In this document: positions 9,072 through 19,179 of the stretch, piece by piece | Layout: every line of letters begins with the position of its first letter | How positions within the stretch are numbered: position 1 is the stretch's first letter | DNA from: an uncultured Alphaproteobacteria bacterium | GTDB lineage: Bacteria; Pseudomonadota; Alphaproteobacteria; Rhizobiales; Rhodomicrobiaceae | Assembly: GCA_963834945.1 (NCBI GenBank) | Contig: CAWIDT010000006.1 | Coordinates: 71,609-135,608, forward strand | Direction: 5' to 3' | DNA: 64,000 bases | Notes under the pieces: generated by a model | What the model saw: only the letters and a program-made list of their open reading frames with translations | Databases searched by the model: none | What the model was told of the DNA's origin: nothing | Position numbers and translations under genes: made by a program

Positions 9072-10361
9072 TCACCGCGCGGTAGACTGGATGCCCATCG
9101 CTTCCGCGGCTTGCGTGATGCGCGTATTGGATTCGGGCGCGTCGGCGAACACTTTCTTTGCCTGTTCGAGCGCGGCGCGGGCCTCGTCGGGCTGGTTCAG
9201 CACCATGCGCGAGCGGATCAGCATGATCCAGCCATCGGCGTCCTGCGGCGTTTCCTTCAGCTTGGCGGCGAGCCGCTCCACCATGGTCTGCACCATCTGC
9301 TGCCGGTCCTCCGGTTTGAGCTGCTTGGCGCTTTCGACGTCTGCGGCGCTGGGGCCAGGCGTTGCCGCCGGGGCCGGGGCGGGGGCGGGCGCGGAAGCAG
9401 AGGTGGGGGCGGGCGCGGAGGCGGGGGCGGGCTCGGCCGCCGCCGTCGCGGTTTTCGGCGCCGTCAGCCGGCCGCCGACGTCGATGCCGCTGCTCTTCGC
9501 CAGCTCGTCGATTCGGCCGCGCAGATCCTGGGCCCATTCGGCACCGGCGGGGGCAGCGTTGTATAGCGAAATCCACTCATCCAGGGCGGCCTGATTGTCG
9601 CCCTTCTGGGCCTTGGCGACGCCTTTGAAGAAGCGGGCGCGCTCGTCCTTGGGATCGATGGCGAGCACCGCATCGAACGTCGAGACGGCGTCCGGCGTGA
9701 CAACGCCGTTGGCCGCCATGACCAGCGCCTCGCCATAGAGCGCACGCATCGAGGCATTATCTTTTTGCAGATCCACGCCCCGCTTGTAGGCCGCCACCGC
9801 ATCCTGGTAGCGGCCGGTGTTATAATACGACCAGCCCAGGACGCGCCAGCCATCCGCATCATTGGGATCGGTTTTCAGACGTTGCTCAAGCCGGGTTACG
9901 AGGCTTTCCACACCGTCGCCGTTCTGGCCGACGCCCTCTGTCCCGGGGTGTTGCGCGGGCATTGCACCGGCCGGCCCCGCCGCCGCGACTTGCCGGCTAT
10001 TCTGGGCAAGCAAAACATCCGGCTGGCCGATGACCGCGTACAGGCCGACGGCGCCGAGCACGACGATAATGACGGCGGCTATCGCGATGCGAAACTGCCA
10101 GGCCGGCGCCATGGCATCCACCGGCGCCTCATCGCGATTGGCGGCCAGAATGCGCCTTTCGATTTCCAGGCGCGCGAGGTCGGCTTCCTTAGCGTCGATC
10201 ATGCCTTGATCCTTATCGCGCTCGACTTCGGCGAGTTGATCCTTATAGACCTCGACGCCGGTCACGGCATCGCCGCGCGCATCGCTGCGGCGAAGGAATG
10301 GCCCCACCACGATGAGGGCGGCGGCGGCAATAAGGATGGTCAGAACAAGCCAAAGCATCAC
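9072..10361 (-). CDS. ccmI: Cytochrome c biogenesis protein CcmI/CycH (TPR)
   Basis: N-terminal TM, VYKDQLAEVERD, EIERRIL, second TM, TPR repeats (PNDADGWRVLG), PA-rich linker. Confidence 0.9.
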   Translation of the reverse strand: MMLWLVLTILIAAAALIVVGPFLRRSDARGDAVTGVEVYKDQLAEVERDKDQGMIDAKEADLARLEIERRILAANRDEAPVDAMAPAWQFRIAIAAVIIVVLGAVGLYAVIGQPDVLLAQNSRQVAAAGPAGAMPAQHPGTEGVGQNGDGVESLVTRLEQRLKTDPNDADGWRVLGWSYYNTGRYQDAVAAYKRGVDLQKDNASMRALYGEALVMAANGVVTPDAVSTFDAVLAIDPKDERARFFKGVAKAQKGDNQAALDEWISLYNAAPAGAEWAQDLRGRIDELAKSSGIDVGGRLTAPKTATAAAEPAPASAPAPTSASAPAPAPAPAATPGPSAADVESAKQLKPEDRQQMVQTMVERLAAKLKETPQDADGWIMLIRSRMVLNQPDEARAALEQAKKVFADAPESNTRITQAAEAMGIQSTAR

Positions 10362-10852
10362 GTTGGTGAACCTTTTGAAAGTATCGTCTGCAAATCTTTG
10401 CGCTCCGCGGCCGTCAACGGAGCCGGTGAGCCGGCGGACTCGGTCGCGGGCTTGCGCAGCAGGGTCCAGAAAGCGATCAGAGCCAGGACGAGAATCGTCG
10501 CAGGACCGAACCAGAGCAGAAGCGTGTCCACCTGCACCGGCGGCTTCAGCAGCACGAAATTGCCGTAACGCGCAGCGATATAGCCGATCGCGGCGGCATT
10601 GGTGTCGCCCGCCTTCAGCCGCTCGCGCAAGAGGACGCGAAGGTCGCGGGCGAGCGGCGCGTTGGAATCATCGATCGATTGATTCTGGCAGACGAGGCAG
10701 CGCAGATTTTGCCCCAGATCGCGCGCACGCGCCTCAAGCACAGGGTCGGCGAGCACTTCGTCAGGCTCGACGGCCAGCGCGGGCAGGCTCACCGCGCTGA
10801 TGATCGAGACGATAAAAAGCGTCAACAGTCGGTCACGAACCATGCCGCCCAT
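10358..10852 (-). CDS. ccmH: Cytochrome c biogenesis protein CcmH/CycL
   Basis: LRCLVCQNQSIDDSNAPLARDLR, RYGNFVLLKPP. Confidence 0.95.
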   Translation of the reverse strand: MGGMVRDRLLTLFIVSIISAVSLPALAVEPDEVLADPVLEARARDLGQNLRCLVCQNQSIDDSNAPLARDLRVLLRERLKAGDTNAAAIGYIAARYGNFVLLKPPVQVDTLLLWFGPATILVLALIAFWTLLRKPATESAGSPAPLTAAERKDLQTILSKGSPT

Positions 10853-10855
10853 CTC

Positions 10856-12838
10856 CTATTCCGCCGGAACCAGCGCTGCGGGGCTGCGCGCAGGGCGCGG
10901 CGCGCCGACTCGGAATCGTCGGTCCGACAGCGAGATAAAGCCGCCGAGCGCCATCACGAGCGGGCCGAACCAGATCCAGGGCGCAAGCGGATGATAATAA
11001 GCCCGCACGGTCCATTCACCAGCGCTGTTCTTCTCGCCGATAGCGAGATAGAGGTTGGAGAACAGGTTTGTGTGGATGCCCGCCTCGGTGGTTTGCGAGC
11101 GCCTTACCGGATAGAAGCGCCGCTCCGCGAACAGTGTGGTGAATGCACGCCCGTCCTCGCTAACATCGAAAGTAGCACGCTCGGCCTGATAGTTGGGGCC
11201 GTTCGGCGTCGTCATCGATTTCAGCGTCACCTGATAGCCTGCCAGATCGATATGGCCACCGATAGGAAGCGATTGCAGCGCCTCCTGCCGCCAGGCGCTC
11301 ATGGCGGTGATGCCCGCGACCGCGATGCCCATCCCGGCATGGGCGAAGATCAGCCCATAGACCGAACGCGGGGTGGTGGCGGCAAGATGCAGGCTGGTGC
11401 GGAAGGGCACCTGCAGCAGGCGGGTGCGGATGGCGAGAATGGTCAGCGAGCCGCCAAACGCCCAAAGCGCCAGCCCGATGCCCGCCGCCGCGAGTGCGTG
11501 GGTGCCCAGGGTGAAGCCCAGCACGGCGACAGCGCCGAGCCCTGCGGCGACCGCACCCCATTTCAATTTGGCAAGCGCCTCGCGCAGGGAAGACCGCTTC
11601 CATTTCAACATCGGCCCGACCGCCATGACGATCAGGACCGGGATCATCATCGGAACGAAGGTCAGATTATAGAAGGGCGGCCCGACCGAGATCTTGTCGT
11701 CGCTCACCGCCTCGATGATCAAAGGATAAAACGTGCCGAGGAACACAGTGGCGGCCGCCGAGATCAGCAGAACGTTGTTCAGCACCAGGCTGCTCTCGCG
11801 GCTGACGGCCGCGAAGGTGGTGCCGCGCATCAGCGCCGGGGCGCGATAGGCATAGAGCAGGAGCGCGCCGCCTGTCGTCAGAAGCAGCAGGCCGAGCACG
11901 AATATGCCGCGGGACGGATCCAGCGCGAAGGAATGCACGCTGGTCAACACGCCCGAGCGGACCAGGAATGTGCCGATCAGGCTGAGGGAAAATGTGAGGA
12001 TGCCGAGCAGGATCGTCCAGTTGACCAATGTCTGACGCCGCTCGACCACCAGCGCGGAATGCAGCAGCGCCGTTCCGACCAGCCACGGCATAAAGGAGGC
12101 GTTCTCGACCGGATCCCAGAACCACCAGCCGCCCCAGCCCAGCTCATAATAGGCCCAAAAACTCCCGAGCGTGATGCCAATGGTGAGAAAGCACCACGCC
12201 GCCAGCACCCACGGACGCACCCAGCGCGCCCAGCACGCATCGACCCGGCCCTCGATCAGCGCGGCGACCGAGAAGGAGAAGGCCATCGAGAAGCCGACAT
12301 AGCCCAGATAGAGGAATGGCGGGTGAATCGCCAATCCGATGTCCTGCAGCAGCGGGTTCAGCTCCGCGCCGTCGGCCGGGATGGGATCGATGCGCAGGAA
12401 CGGATTGGAGGTAAACAGGATGAAGGCGAGAAAGCCGGCGCCGATCATGCCCTGTACGGAGAGCACCCGGGCTTTCAGGCCCGACGGAAGATTGTCGCCG
12501 AATACCGCCACCGACGCGCCGAACAGGGCCAGGATCAGCACCCAGAGAAGCATCGATCCTTCATGATTGCCCCAAACCGCCGCCAGCTTGTAGATGAGCG
12601 GCATCGTAGAGTTGGAATTCTCCGCAACGATCATAAGGGAAAAGTCGGAGGTCGCGAAGGACCGAGCCAGCGCGGCAAAGGCCAGCGCAATGAAGCAGAA
12701 CTGGCCGATGGCGGCCGTCGAGCCGCTGCGCATAAGTTTGGCGTCACCATAATGCGCCCCGGCCATGGGAATGGTGGATTGCACCAGAGCGAGCGTGAAC
12801 GCCAAGATCAGCGCAAAATGGCCTGTTTCCGCAATCAT
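10856..12838 (-). CDS. ccmF: Heme lyase CcmF/NrfE family subunit
   Basis: MIAETGHFAL, WGNHEGS, HPPFLYLGYVG, WAYYELGWGGWWFWDPVENAS, RSGVLTSVHSFA. Confidence 0.95.
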   Translation of the reverse strand: MIAETGHFALILAFTLALVQSTIPMAGAHYGDAKLMRSGSTAAIGQFCFIALAFAALARSFATSDFSLMIVAENSNSTMPLIYKLAAVWGNHEGSMLLWVLILALFGASVAVFGDNLPSGLKARVLSVQGMIGAGFLAFILFTSNPFLRIDPIPADGAELNPLLQDIGLAIHPPFLYLGYVGFSMAFSFSVAALIEGRVDACWARWVRPWVLAAWCFLTIGITLGSFWAYYELGWGGWWFWDPVENASFMPWLVGTALLHSALVVERRQTLVNWTILLGILTFSLSLIGTFLVRSGVLTSVHSFALDPSRGIFVLGLLLLTTGGALLLYAYRAPALMRGTTFAAVSRESSLVLNNVLLISAAATVFLGTFYPLIIEAVSDDKISVGPPFYNLTFVPMMIPVLIVMAVGPMLKWKRSSLREALAKLKWGAVAAGLGAVAVLGFTLGTHALAAAGIGLALWAFGGSLTILAIRTRLLQVPFRTSLHLAATTPRSVYGLIFAHAGMGIAVAGITAMSAWRQEALQSLPIGGHIDLAGYQVTLKSMTTPNGPNYQAERATFDVSEDGRAFTTLFAERRFYPVRRSQTTEAGIHTNLFSNLYLAIGEKNSAGEWTVRAYYHPLAPWIWFGPLVMALGGFISLSDRRFRVGAPRPARSPAALVPAE

Positions 12839-13048
12839 ATAACCGCACGTCCCCATAAGTTCATCGGCAAGCCGTCCCGCTCGCAGACCAAAACTCCGGC
12901 AAACTAGCCATTGTGTTGGGCGAGAGATAGGCGAATTACAATTTATCGCATGTCGATTTTGCGGCCATTCGCATCAATTCTGCAGAAATCTGCTGGTTCA
13001 CCGGCGACAAAATGAATGGAGTCATTACGTTTTATGCCGCGCACCAGA

Positions 13049-13154
13049 CTAGAGCCTTTTCCGCTCCGATTGAATCGGAGCGCGGCTCTAATTCTTTGTT
13101 TTGTCGCATTTTCTCGACGCAAACCGGCATCCACTTTGCTGGAAAATGCTCTAG
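13049..13154. repeat. RIME/BRU-RS-like CTAG-bounded palindromic repeat, type A copy 1
   Basis: 106 bp, CTAGAGC...GCTCTAG ends; near-identical inverted copy at 35073-35178. Confidence 0.9.
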
Positions 13155-13160
13155 CCGGCG

Positions 13161-15377
13161 TCACGGCTTCGGGATTTTCGTACTGATGATAGGCGTGTTG
13201 ACATCGGTCACATGGTATCTGTGACAGAGCACGCAATCCTGCCTCGCGACGTTCTGCTTGTGGCAGGTTTGGCAGAGGTCTTTTTTGACGCCGGCGAAAT
13301 TGGACACGAAGCTCCGCGGATTGCCTTGTTCGTAGCTCTTGCGGACCTGGGCGCCCTTTTCGAGCTTGTGACAGGTGAGACAGCCACGGTTCTGCATGAC
13401 GCCGAAATGCGGCTCATGCACGAAATTGGTGAAGCGGCGCTGCTTGGTCGCTATCGAGGCCGGCCTCCAATTGACGAACCGTCCCTTGCCTGCGACGTCG
13501 TCGACGCTATGACATTTGGTGCATTGCCCCTGGGCGTCTTTGCCGGCCAGCACGTCGAACAGCTGCGCGGCGGGGCCTTTATCGCCGCGGGGCGCGCGAG
13601 GCCCAGCCAGATCGAGCCAGGCACGGATGAATGTGTCCAGATGGGTAGCGGGACGGTAGAGGATCGCGTAATCCTGCCTGTACCAGCCTCCATATTCGGC
13701 CCAGCTTTCGGCATCGACATTGCTGATGATCGCAGCGCCCACCGGTGCTGACGGGGCGGCTGACCCCGCATCGGCACCGGTCGCCGGCGAAGCGGCTGCA
13801 TCGGGCGGCGGCCCGCCGGACGGCCCCGGTTCCGAACTTGAAGCGGCGGGCGCGCCGGATGTGGCCGCGGGCGGAGGCTCGTCGCTCTTGATGAGCCGCC
13901 CGGACTCGTCGAGCTTCCAGGCCTCAGCCAGGCGCTGCGGGTTGGCAGCACCCGATTGGCCCTGAGATTTGGAATTTGTGCCCGTCGCGTCGCGCGCCAC
14001 CCCTTCCGGCAATTCGCTCGGCGGCACCTGTGCAGCCAATTGCAACTCGGTGACCGAGGAGGTCCAGCCGCTCGCGCCGCCCTCACCGGTCGCCGGTGCG
14101 CCCTCACCGGTCGCTGGCGCGCCAGACCCGGCCGCTGGCTCCTTGTGATTCGCTATCTCGGTCCCAAGGTTGGGCAGCCATTCGCGCTGCGCTGCGATGA
14201 TGACATCCCGAGGCAGGCTGGCAGTCAGCGCCGCAAGGACAGCCGGGTTGAGTTTCGATCCGCCGTCGAGATCCAGGCTCGCCAGCACGTCGGATGCCTT
14301 GCCGGAGACCAGCGCGTAATACAGGCCCTTGATTTCCCAGATGAAGCTTGCGACCGCCGCGATCTGGGCATCCTTTGCCTGGGACAAATCGAGGAGATCC
14401 AGCCCGCCTATGGTCTTCAGCAGCGCCCGTCCGCGTTCGTTCCGGCCGATCATCACCTTCATGAACGGCGTCACGGCAGCTTCGGATGTTCCCGGCCATT
14501 CGCCGATATCCGCCTTGGATTTCAGCGTTGCCACATCGACGCCCGGCAGCGTCAAAAAGGCAATGCCTTTCGGTCCCGAGGCGCGCTCCTTGCCGAGGAT
14601 CTGATCCAGATGGCAGCCCGAACAGGTATTGGCGAACGGCACGACCGCCATGAGCCGGCGGTCGGCCTGGCTGGAGTGGCAGGCGGAGCAGGACGCCGGG
14701 ATGGTTTTGGCGGGGTCCTTCTTGGCGGCGATTTCGGGGAAATGCTTTCCGAAATGGGCATCGTGATCGTAGATGATGCGGGTCCGGCGCTCGAACGGAT
14801 AGTTGCTGAAATCCGGATGGCTGCCGTCGAAACTGTCGAATTGCAGCGTATGGCAGGATTGGCATTTCGCGTTCGAGATGGCTTTGAGATCCACCCCGCG
14901 ATGCTCCTGATGACAGGTTGCGCACAGCATGCCGGTTGCCATGACCTCCTGCACCGGGAACGGATTTTTCTGAAAGCGCGCGCTCGCCGGAACGGCCGCA
15001 GCGATCTTCGCCAAACGGCGCGTGCTTTGATCGAGATCGTCGGCCGGTGCGCTGTGCGCGTTGAATGCGGTGTTGGGCATCTTGTGACAGCCGAGGCAGG
15101 CTTTGCTGTCGCCGCGCGGATCGGCCGCTATCAGGCCATGCAGCCAACTCAGCTTGCCGGTGCCGGTCTTGGTATGACAGGTGCCGCAATCCTCGATTGC
15201 CGCATGCCCGCTCAGCAGCGGCCCGGGCATCAGAAATCCTAAGCCATTTGCGGAATAGAACACCCAGACGAGCAGGCATATGGTCACCACGCCGGCCGCA
15301 TTAGCGAGCCGGTCGCGCCGGCCGTTCGGGTTTTCCGGTGGACTGCTGCGCTGCCCGCGTCCGTTCCGCGACGGCAT
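13161..15377 (-). CDS. Decaheme cytochrome c with N-terminal membrane anchor
   Basis: Ten CxxCH: CGTCH, CLGCH, CATCH, CQSCH, CSACH, CSGCH, CTKCH, CLTCH, CQTCH, CVLCH; start overlaps upstream stop (GTGATG). Confidence 0.9.
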   Translation of the reverse strand: MPSRNGRGQRSSPPENPNGRRDRLANAAGVVTICLLVWVFYSANGLGFLMPGPLLSGHAAIEDCGTCHTKTGTGKLSWLHGLIAADPRGDSKACLGCHKMPNTAFNAHSAPADDLDQSTRRLAKIAAAVPASARFQKNPFPVQEVMATGMLCATCHQEHRGVDLKAISNAKCQSCHTLQFDSFDGSHPDFSNYPFERRTRIIYDHDAHFGKHFPEIAAKKDPAKTIPASCSACHSSQADRRLMAVVPFANTCSGCHLDQILGKERASGPKGIAFLTLPGVDVATLKSKADIGEWPGTSEAAVTPFMKVMIGRNERGRALLKTIGGLDLLDLSQAKDAQIAAVASFIWEIKGLYYALVSGKASDVLASLDLDGGSKLNPAVLAALTASLPRDVIIAAQREWLPNLGTEIANHKEPAAGSGAPATGEGAPATGEGGASGWTSSVTELQLAAQVPPSELPEGVARDATGTNSKSQGQSGAANPQRLAEAWKLDESGRLIKSDEPPPAATSGAPAASSSEPGPSGGPPPDAAASPATGADAGSAAPSAPVGAAIISNVDAESWAEYGGWYRQDYAILYRPATHLDTFIRAWLDLAGPRAPRGDKGPAAQLFDVLAGKDAQGQCTKCHSVDDVAGKGRFVNWRPASIATKQRRFTNFVHEPHFGVMQNRGCLTCHKLEKGAQVRKSYEQGNPRSFVSNFAGVKKDLCQTCHKQNVARQDCVLCHRYHVTDVNTPIISTKIPKP

Positions 15378-16285
15378 CACCACACCCCCGATGCAAATGC
15401 ATAGACAACCAGGATGTGCAGCAAAATCAACACGACCAGCGCATAGGTAAGGGGCACGTGGACGAACAGCCAGAGCTTCGTAAGCCCCAGATGCACATAA
15501 GCAAAATCGAGCCGGTCCTTCTCCAAAACCAGCGCCTTCATGGCTCGGAGCTTGTCCACTCCATATTTACCGACATAGGGTTCCAGAGCGTCGATAGCGC
15601 CAGTGAGGTGCTTCAGATGCCGCTGCGATCCGATCATATGCGCGGCCAGATTTTGCGGCTCTTTGAAGAAGCCGCGCAGCCGGCTCTTATACAGGTCGAG
15701 GATCCACTCTTCATAGGGTGCCGCGGGCAGCGGGATGACGAATTGCTGCCCCTGATCGCTCGTCGTTACGAGCGCATGGATTTGTCGTCCAAGCTCGGTG
15801 ATGCGCCCCGGGATGCGGTCGAAGACGGTGCTGTCATTCGGTCCCAGCTTTGCGGGAACGGCCCACGCCAGATAGATGCCGAAGATGCCGCTGAGCGTAA
15901 TGAGCACGAAGCCGGACCATATCGCCCAATCCAAGCCGCTATCGGGCAGGGAATATGTCGAATGCGACACAAAAAGGAACACGAGGACATAGCCGAGGAA
16001 CACATGGATGCGGCGCCAGGTTTTGGCGGCTTTCGGCGACAGCGGCGCGAATTTCCGCCTAGCGTGGAAATAGACCTGGGCAGCCATGCCCGCCGTCAGA
16101 AGCCAGCCATCCAGATATCGGGCATCACGCAATGCGGCGCCATAAAGCCAGACGAGCCAGCACAGCAATCCGCCGGTCGTGACGATCAAGGCTGTCTGGA
16201 AAATCTGGCCCAGCATCCCAGCCACCGACCCTAATCGAAATCGGCCTGAGGTCGGGGTTGGGCTGCGACTGATTGCTTGCCTCAC
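15377..16285 (-). CDS. Integral membrane protein with His in TM helices (ferric-reductase/cytochrome b-like)
   Basis: About 5-6 hydrophobic segments; WRRIHVFLG, FVSHS, WLFVHVP, LLHIL. Confidence 0.7.
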   Translation of the reverse strand: MRQAISRSPTPTSGRFRLGSVAGMLGQIFQTALIVTTGGLLCWLVWLYGAALRDARYLDGWLLTAGMAAQVYFHARRKFAPLSPKAAKTWRRIHVFLGYVLVFLFVSHSTYSLPDSGLDWAIWSGFVLITLSGIFGIYLAWAVPAKLGPNDSTVFDRIPGRITELGRQIHALVTTSDQGQQFVIPLPAAPYEEWILDLYKSRLRGFFKEPQNLAAHMIGSQRHLKHLTGAIDALEPYVGKYGVDKLRAMKALVLEKDRLDFAYVHLGLTKLWLFVHVPLTYALVVLILLHILVVYAFASGVW

Positions 16286-16334
16286 CGGCTACGCTCCCGA
16301 AGCGGCCATGCCGATTTGCACATCCCACTTCGCT

Positions 16335-17387
16335 CTATTTTAATCTCGGCTTCCCCTTGAATTGATTGGGGCCGGGAATAAGGCTGTCAATCGCGGCAAG
16401 TGTGCTGCCGTCATATTTTTCCGTCAATGTGAGGATCTGCTTTTCAATGCCGTCGGCGGCAGAGGAAAGCGCCCGGTCGTTGTTCAGCTTCAGGCCGGTG
16501 GAATGCGACAATTGCACGATCGCGGCCAGTTCGGGCACCCCCGGCGCGGCTTTGGCGGCGGCGGCCAGCTTGTCGCGCGCCCGGGCGGCGCGCTGCGCCA
16601 TCTCGAATGCGTAGAGTTTTCTGGCGGTGGCCTTGCCGATTGCGCGCATTGCCGTCTCCAACTCCACCGCGACACCGACGACGTAAAGGATTCGGTTACG
16701 CTCAGCGCTGTCGGGATGGTTATCCTTGCCCTTGGAGTACCAGGTGTTGTGGCGGACCTCACCCTGCGACCAGGACACCAGCTCAAACGGGCTGCCCGCC
16801 GGATGACCGCCGACATTGACCAGAGCCTCCTCCGGCACGACGTGGCAGCCATAGCAGTTCTTTGCCAGCTGGTATATGGCGCGCGGGCGAATCATGCCGG
16901 CTGCCTCGGCCTTCTTCCAGCGCTCAGCTGCTTCCGCCTTGGATTCGGTCTTTTCGGTTTTACCGCTGAATTCACTATGGATTTTGACAAAGTCCGCTCC
17001 GTTGCCATGGCAGGATTTGCAGGAAATACCGGCGACCGGCTCGGTCTTGTCGTCCTTGGTCACGACCGTAAAGTGGCAATTCAGGCAAAGGCTCTCCGAC
17101 TTGATGCGCCGCACCTTCATCTTCGCGGCGATTTCATTGGCTTCCTTCTTGCGCGGCATGTCCTGGAAGGTTTTGAAATGATGGGTCAGCTTCCAGGCTT
17201 CGGTCTCCTCCTTGTGGCATTCGGCGCAGGCGTTGGGACCAATCGTCTTATGCGGCTCGGCGGCAATAACGCCGCTCGCCGCCAACACCAATGCGAGCAG
17301 CGCAGCAACGGCACTCGCACCAGCGGACGCCACGAGCATGTGCCGGTCAACGTAAACATATCGGCCAATCAGCGCGCTAAAAACCAT
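16335..17387 (-). CDS. Tetraheme cytochrome c554-like periplasmic protein
   Basis: CAECH, CLNCH, CKSCHG, CYGCH; signal peptide; start may be at MLVASAG. Confidence 0.85.
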   Translation of the reverse strand: MVFSALIGRYVYVDRHMLVASAGASAVAALLALVLAASGVIAAEPHKTIGPNACAECHKEETEAWKLTHHFKTFQDMPRKKEANEIAAKMKVRRIKSESLCLNCHFTVVTKDDKTEPVAGISCKSCHGNGADFVKIHSEFSGKTEKTESKAEAAERWKKAEAAGMIRPRAIYQLAKNCYGCHVVPEEALVNVGGHPAGSPFELVSWSQGEVRHNTWYSKGKDNHPDSAERNRILYVVGVAVELETAMRAIGKATARKLYAFEMAQRAARARDKLAAAAKAAPGVPELAAIVQLSHSTGLKLNNDRALSSAADGIEKQILTLTEKYDGSTLAAIDSLIPGPNQFKGKPRLK

Positions 17388-17425
17388 GACGATGCTTGAT
17401 ACTCACTGTGAAATGATAATCGCCG

Positions 17426-18517
17426 TCAGCCGGCGGCCCTTACCTGGGATCGCTGCGGTCGCGGTAAGGCGAGCTGGCGTTTCTGACGGCTTCCTATGGC
17501 AATAAGTTGACGCGCCAACTCCGTCGGCAGCCAGTTCAGCGCGCGCGCCAGAACGCCCTCATCCTGTTCGTCCGAAGTCGGCATGAACGGATCCGCATAG
17601 CACACGGTACCGGTGCGGGCCGCGATCTCCCTGATCGCGTCGACCATGGGCGGGGCGCCGCACGCATAAATGATATCGCTCGGATGCAGCCGCGGCAGAA
17701 CGTCGGTCGGCCGCCCCAAGCGCACCGATCTCGACTTCGTTTGCGGCGTACTGCAAACCGGGATCACCCGAACATTGGGAAAGCGCGCCAGCAGGCCAAG
17801 CACCGGCACCATATAGAGGTCGTCGATCTTGCGCGCTCCGGCGACAACCATGATCTTGCGCTCAGGATTCTCGTGCAGGGCGGCCGAAGCAATCGCCCAG
17901 ATCGGAGCAAACCCCGTGCCGCTCGACACCAGGATCAGCCGCCGGTCCATATCCGGCCGGAAATAGGCTGAGCCAAACGGCCCGCTCAGCGTGACGCGGT
18001 GGCCCACCGCGATTCTTTTTCCGAGCGCCGAGGAGACGCGGCCATCTTCGATGCGGCGCACATGCAGCCAGACCGAGCCGCGCTCCGGGCCTTTTTGCAC
18101 CGGATGCGTCAGGCTGTAGGGCCGGCCGGGATAGCCGCTGAAGCGGACCTTGGCATATTGGCCGGCCATGTAGGGAAAGGCACGATTCGCCTGAATTCCG
18201 ACCTGGACCACATCAGGCGCGACGCGCCGTAAGGCGGTTACGGTGCCTTCGACCAGCCGCATGTCCGGCGCCTGGCCAAGCTCGACGACGGCATCCCCGA
18301 TCAGCCGGCTTTGGCAGGCATGGATGATGCCCGGCTCCGCGCCTTCGCCGCCATGCACCCGTCCCGAAACCAGCCGCACGCAGCATTTGCCGCAATGGCC
18401 TGCCCGGCAATCGTAGGGCATGTCGATGCCGCCCTTGATCGCCGCGTCGAGCAGAAGATCGCCGCGACGGCCGGAGAAAGTCCTGTCGTTAAGTGTGATT
18501 GTATGGCTCTTTGCCAT
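17426..18517 (-). CDS. 2Fe-2S ferredoxin/FAD/NAD(P)H oxidoreductase (FNR family)
   Basis: CRAGHCGKC..HAC, GQY, RPYSL, GRVS, GPFG, SGTGFAP, YACGAPPMV. Confidence 0.9.
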   Translation of the reverse strand: MAKSHTITLNDRTFSGRRGDLLLDAAIKGGIDMPYDCRAGHCGKCCVRLVSGRVHGGEGAEPGIIHACQSRLIGDAVVELGQAPDMRLVEGTVTALRRVAPDVVQVGIQANRAFPYMAGQYAKVRFSGYPGRPYSLTHPVQKGPERGSVWLHVRRIEDGRVSSALGKRIAVGHRVTLSGPFGSAYFRPDMDRRLILVSSGTGFAPIWAIASAALHENPERKIMVVAGARKIDDLYMVPVLGLLARFPNVRVIPVCSTPQTKSRSVRLGRPTDVLPRLHPSDIIYACGAPPMVDAIREIAARTGTVCYADPFMPTSDEQDEGVLARALNWLPTELARQLIAIGSRQKRQLALPRPQRSQVRAAG

Positions 18518-18960
18518 TCTGTCCCCCAGGGCCGCCCATTCACCAGTCTATCACCGGCAGAGCGCCGGTCCAGAATTCGCCGCAATTGCGGCCATGTGGC
18601 TCTTGGGAAGAGCCTCGTTCGATCCGAATCGTGCCGGGCCCCGCTCGTGATACTCGTGATTTTAAGCCATCGTGCACTGGCTTCGCCATTCCTTCAATTT
18701 CGTTACTGTGCGCTTCGATGTGTCTGAACAGATTGATAAAATGCGCCCTACTTCTGCGCCTCGCTCCGACCGCCCATTTCGCGCCGCCGCAGCTTGCTGC
18801 CCAATTTCGATGTATTCTTTTTTCTTGGTCGGACCATGACCTTCCGATGTCGGGACGGTGGCAAACGGCTCTCTTTCTCGCCGGACGGGCCCTCGCTACG
18901 GCCGATCACCGCCTCTTATAGCGTGGGTAGAAAATCTTATGCCGCCGATGAGAAGCATAG

Positions 18961-19034
18961 TGGAGGCGACGCCCGGAATCGAACCGGGATAGACGGCTTT
19001 GCAGGCCGCTGCGTAACCATTCCGCCACGTCGCC
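18961..19034 (-). tRNA. tRNA-Cys (GCA)
   Basis: Reverse complement GGCGACGTGGCGGAATGGTTACGCAGCGGCCTGCAAAGCCGTCTATCCCGGTTCGATTCCGGGCGTCGCCTCCA: cloverleaf, GCA anticodon, CCA end. Confidence 0.97.
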
Positions 19035-19179
19035 GCAGGCAGTGATTTCGCGCATCGCGCATCATGCCGGCTGGCTAGCTTTGTACCGCAGCATGACGGT
19101 TGCGGGCAAGGACGTTTCACGGCCCGCCCCGAGCCGTTATGCATCGTTCAGGCGATGTCCCCGCAACGATGCTCCCGCC

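Noticed and set aside
14080-14121. 21-bp tandem duplication (GAPATGE x2)
   Set aside because: Ordinary slippage in a low-complexity linker
7780-15242. Long opposite-strand ORFs (7780..9594, 10679..12907, 13956..15242)
   Set aside because: High-GC antisense shadows of well-supported genes, without motifs
13161-17387. Non-canonical heme motif (CxxCK) or porin partner implying NrfA or MtrAB
   Set aside because: All 14 motifs are CxxCH and no beta-barrel gene is adjacent
7714-18960. tRNA-Cys-anchored integrative island
   Set aside because: The position downstream of the tRNA 3' end is suggestive, but I found no duplicated tRNA end, no integrase and no clear GC shift
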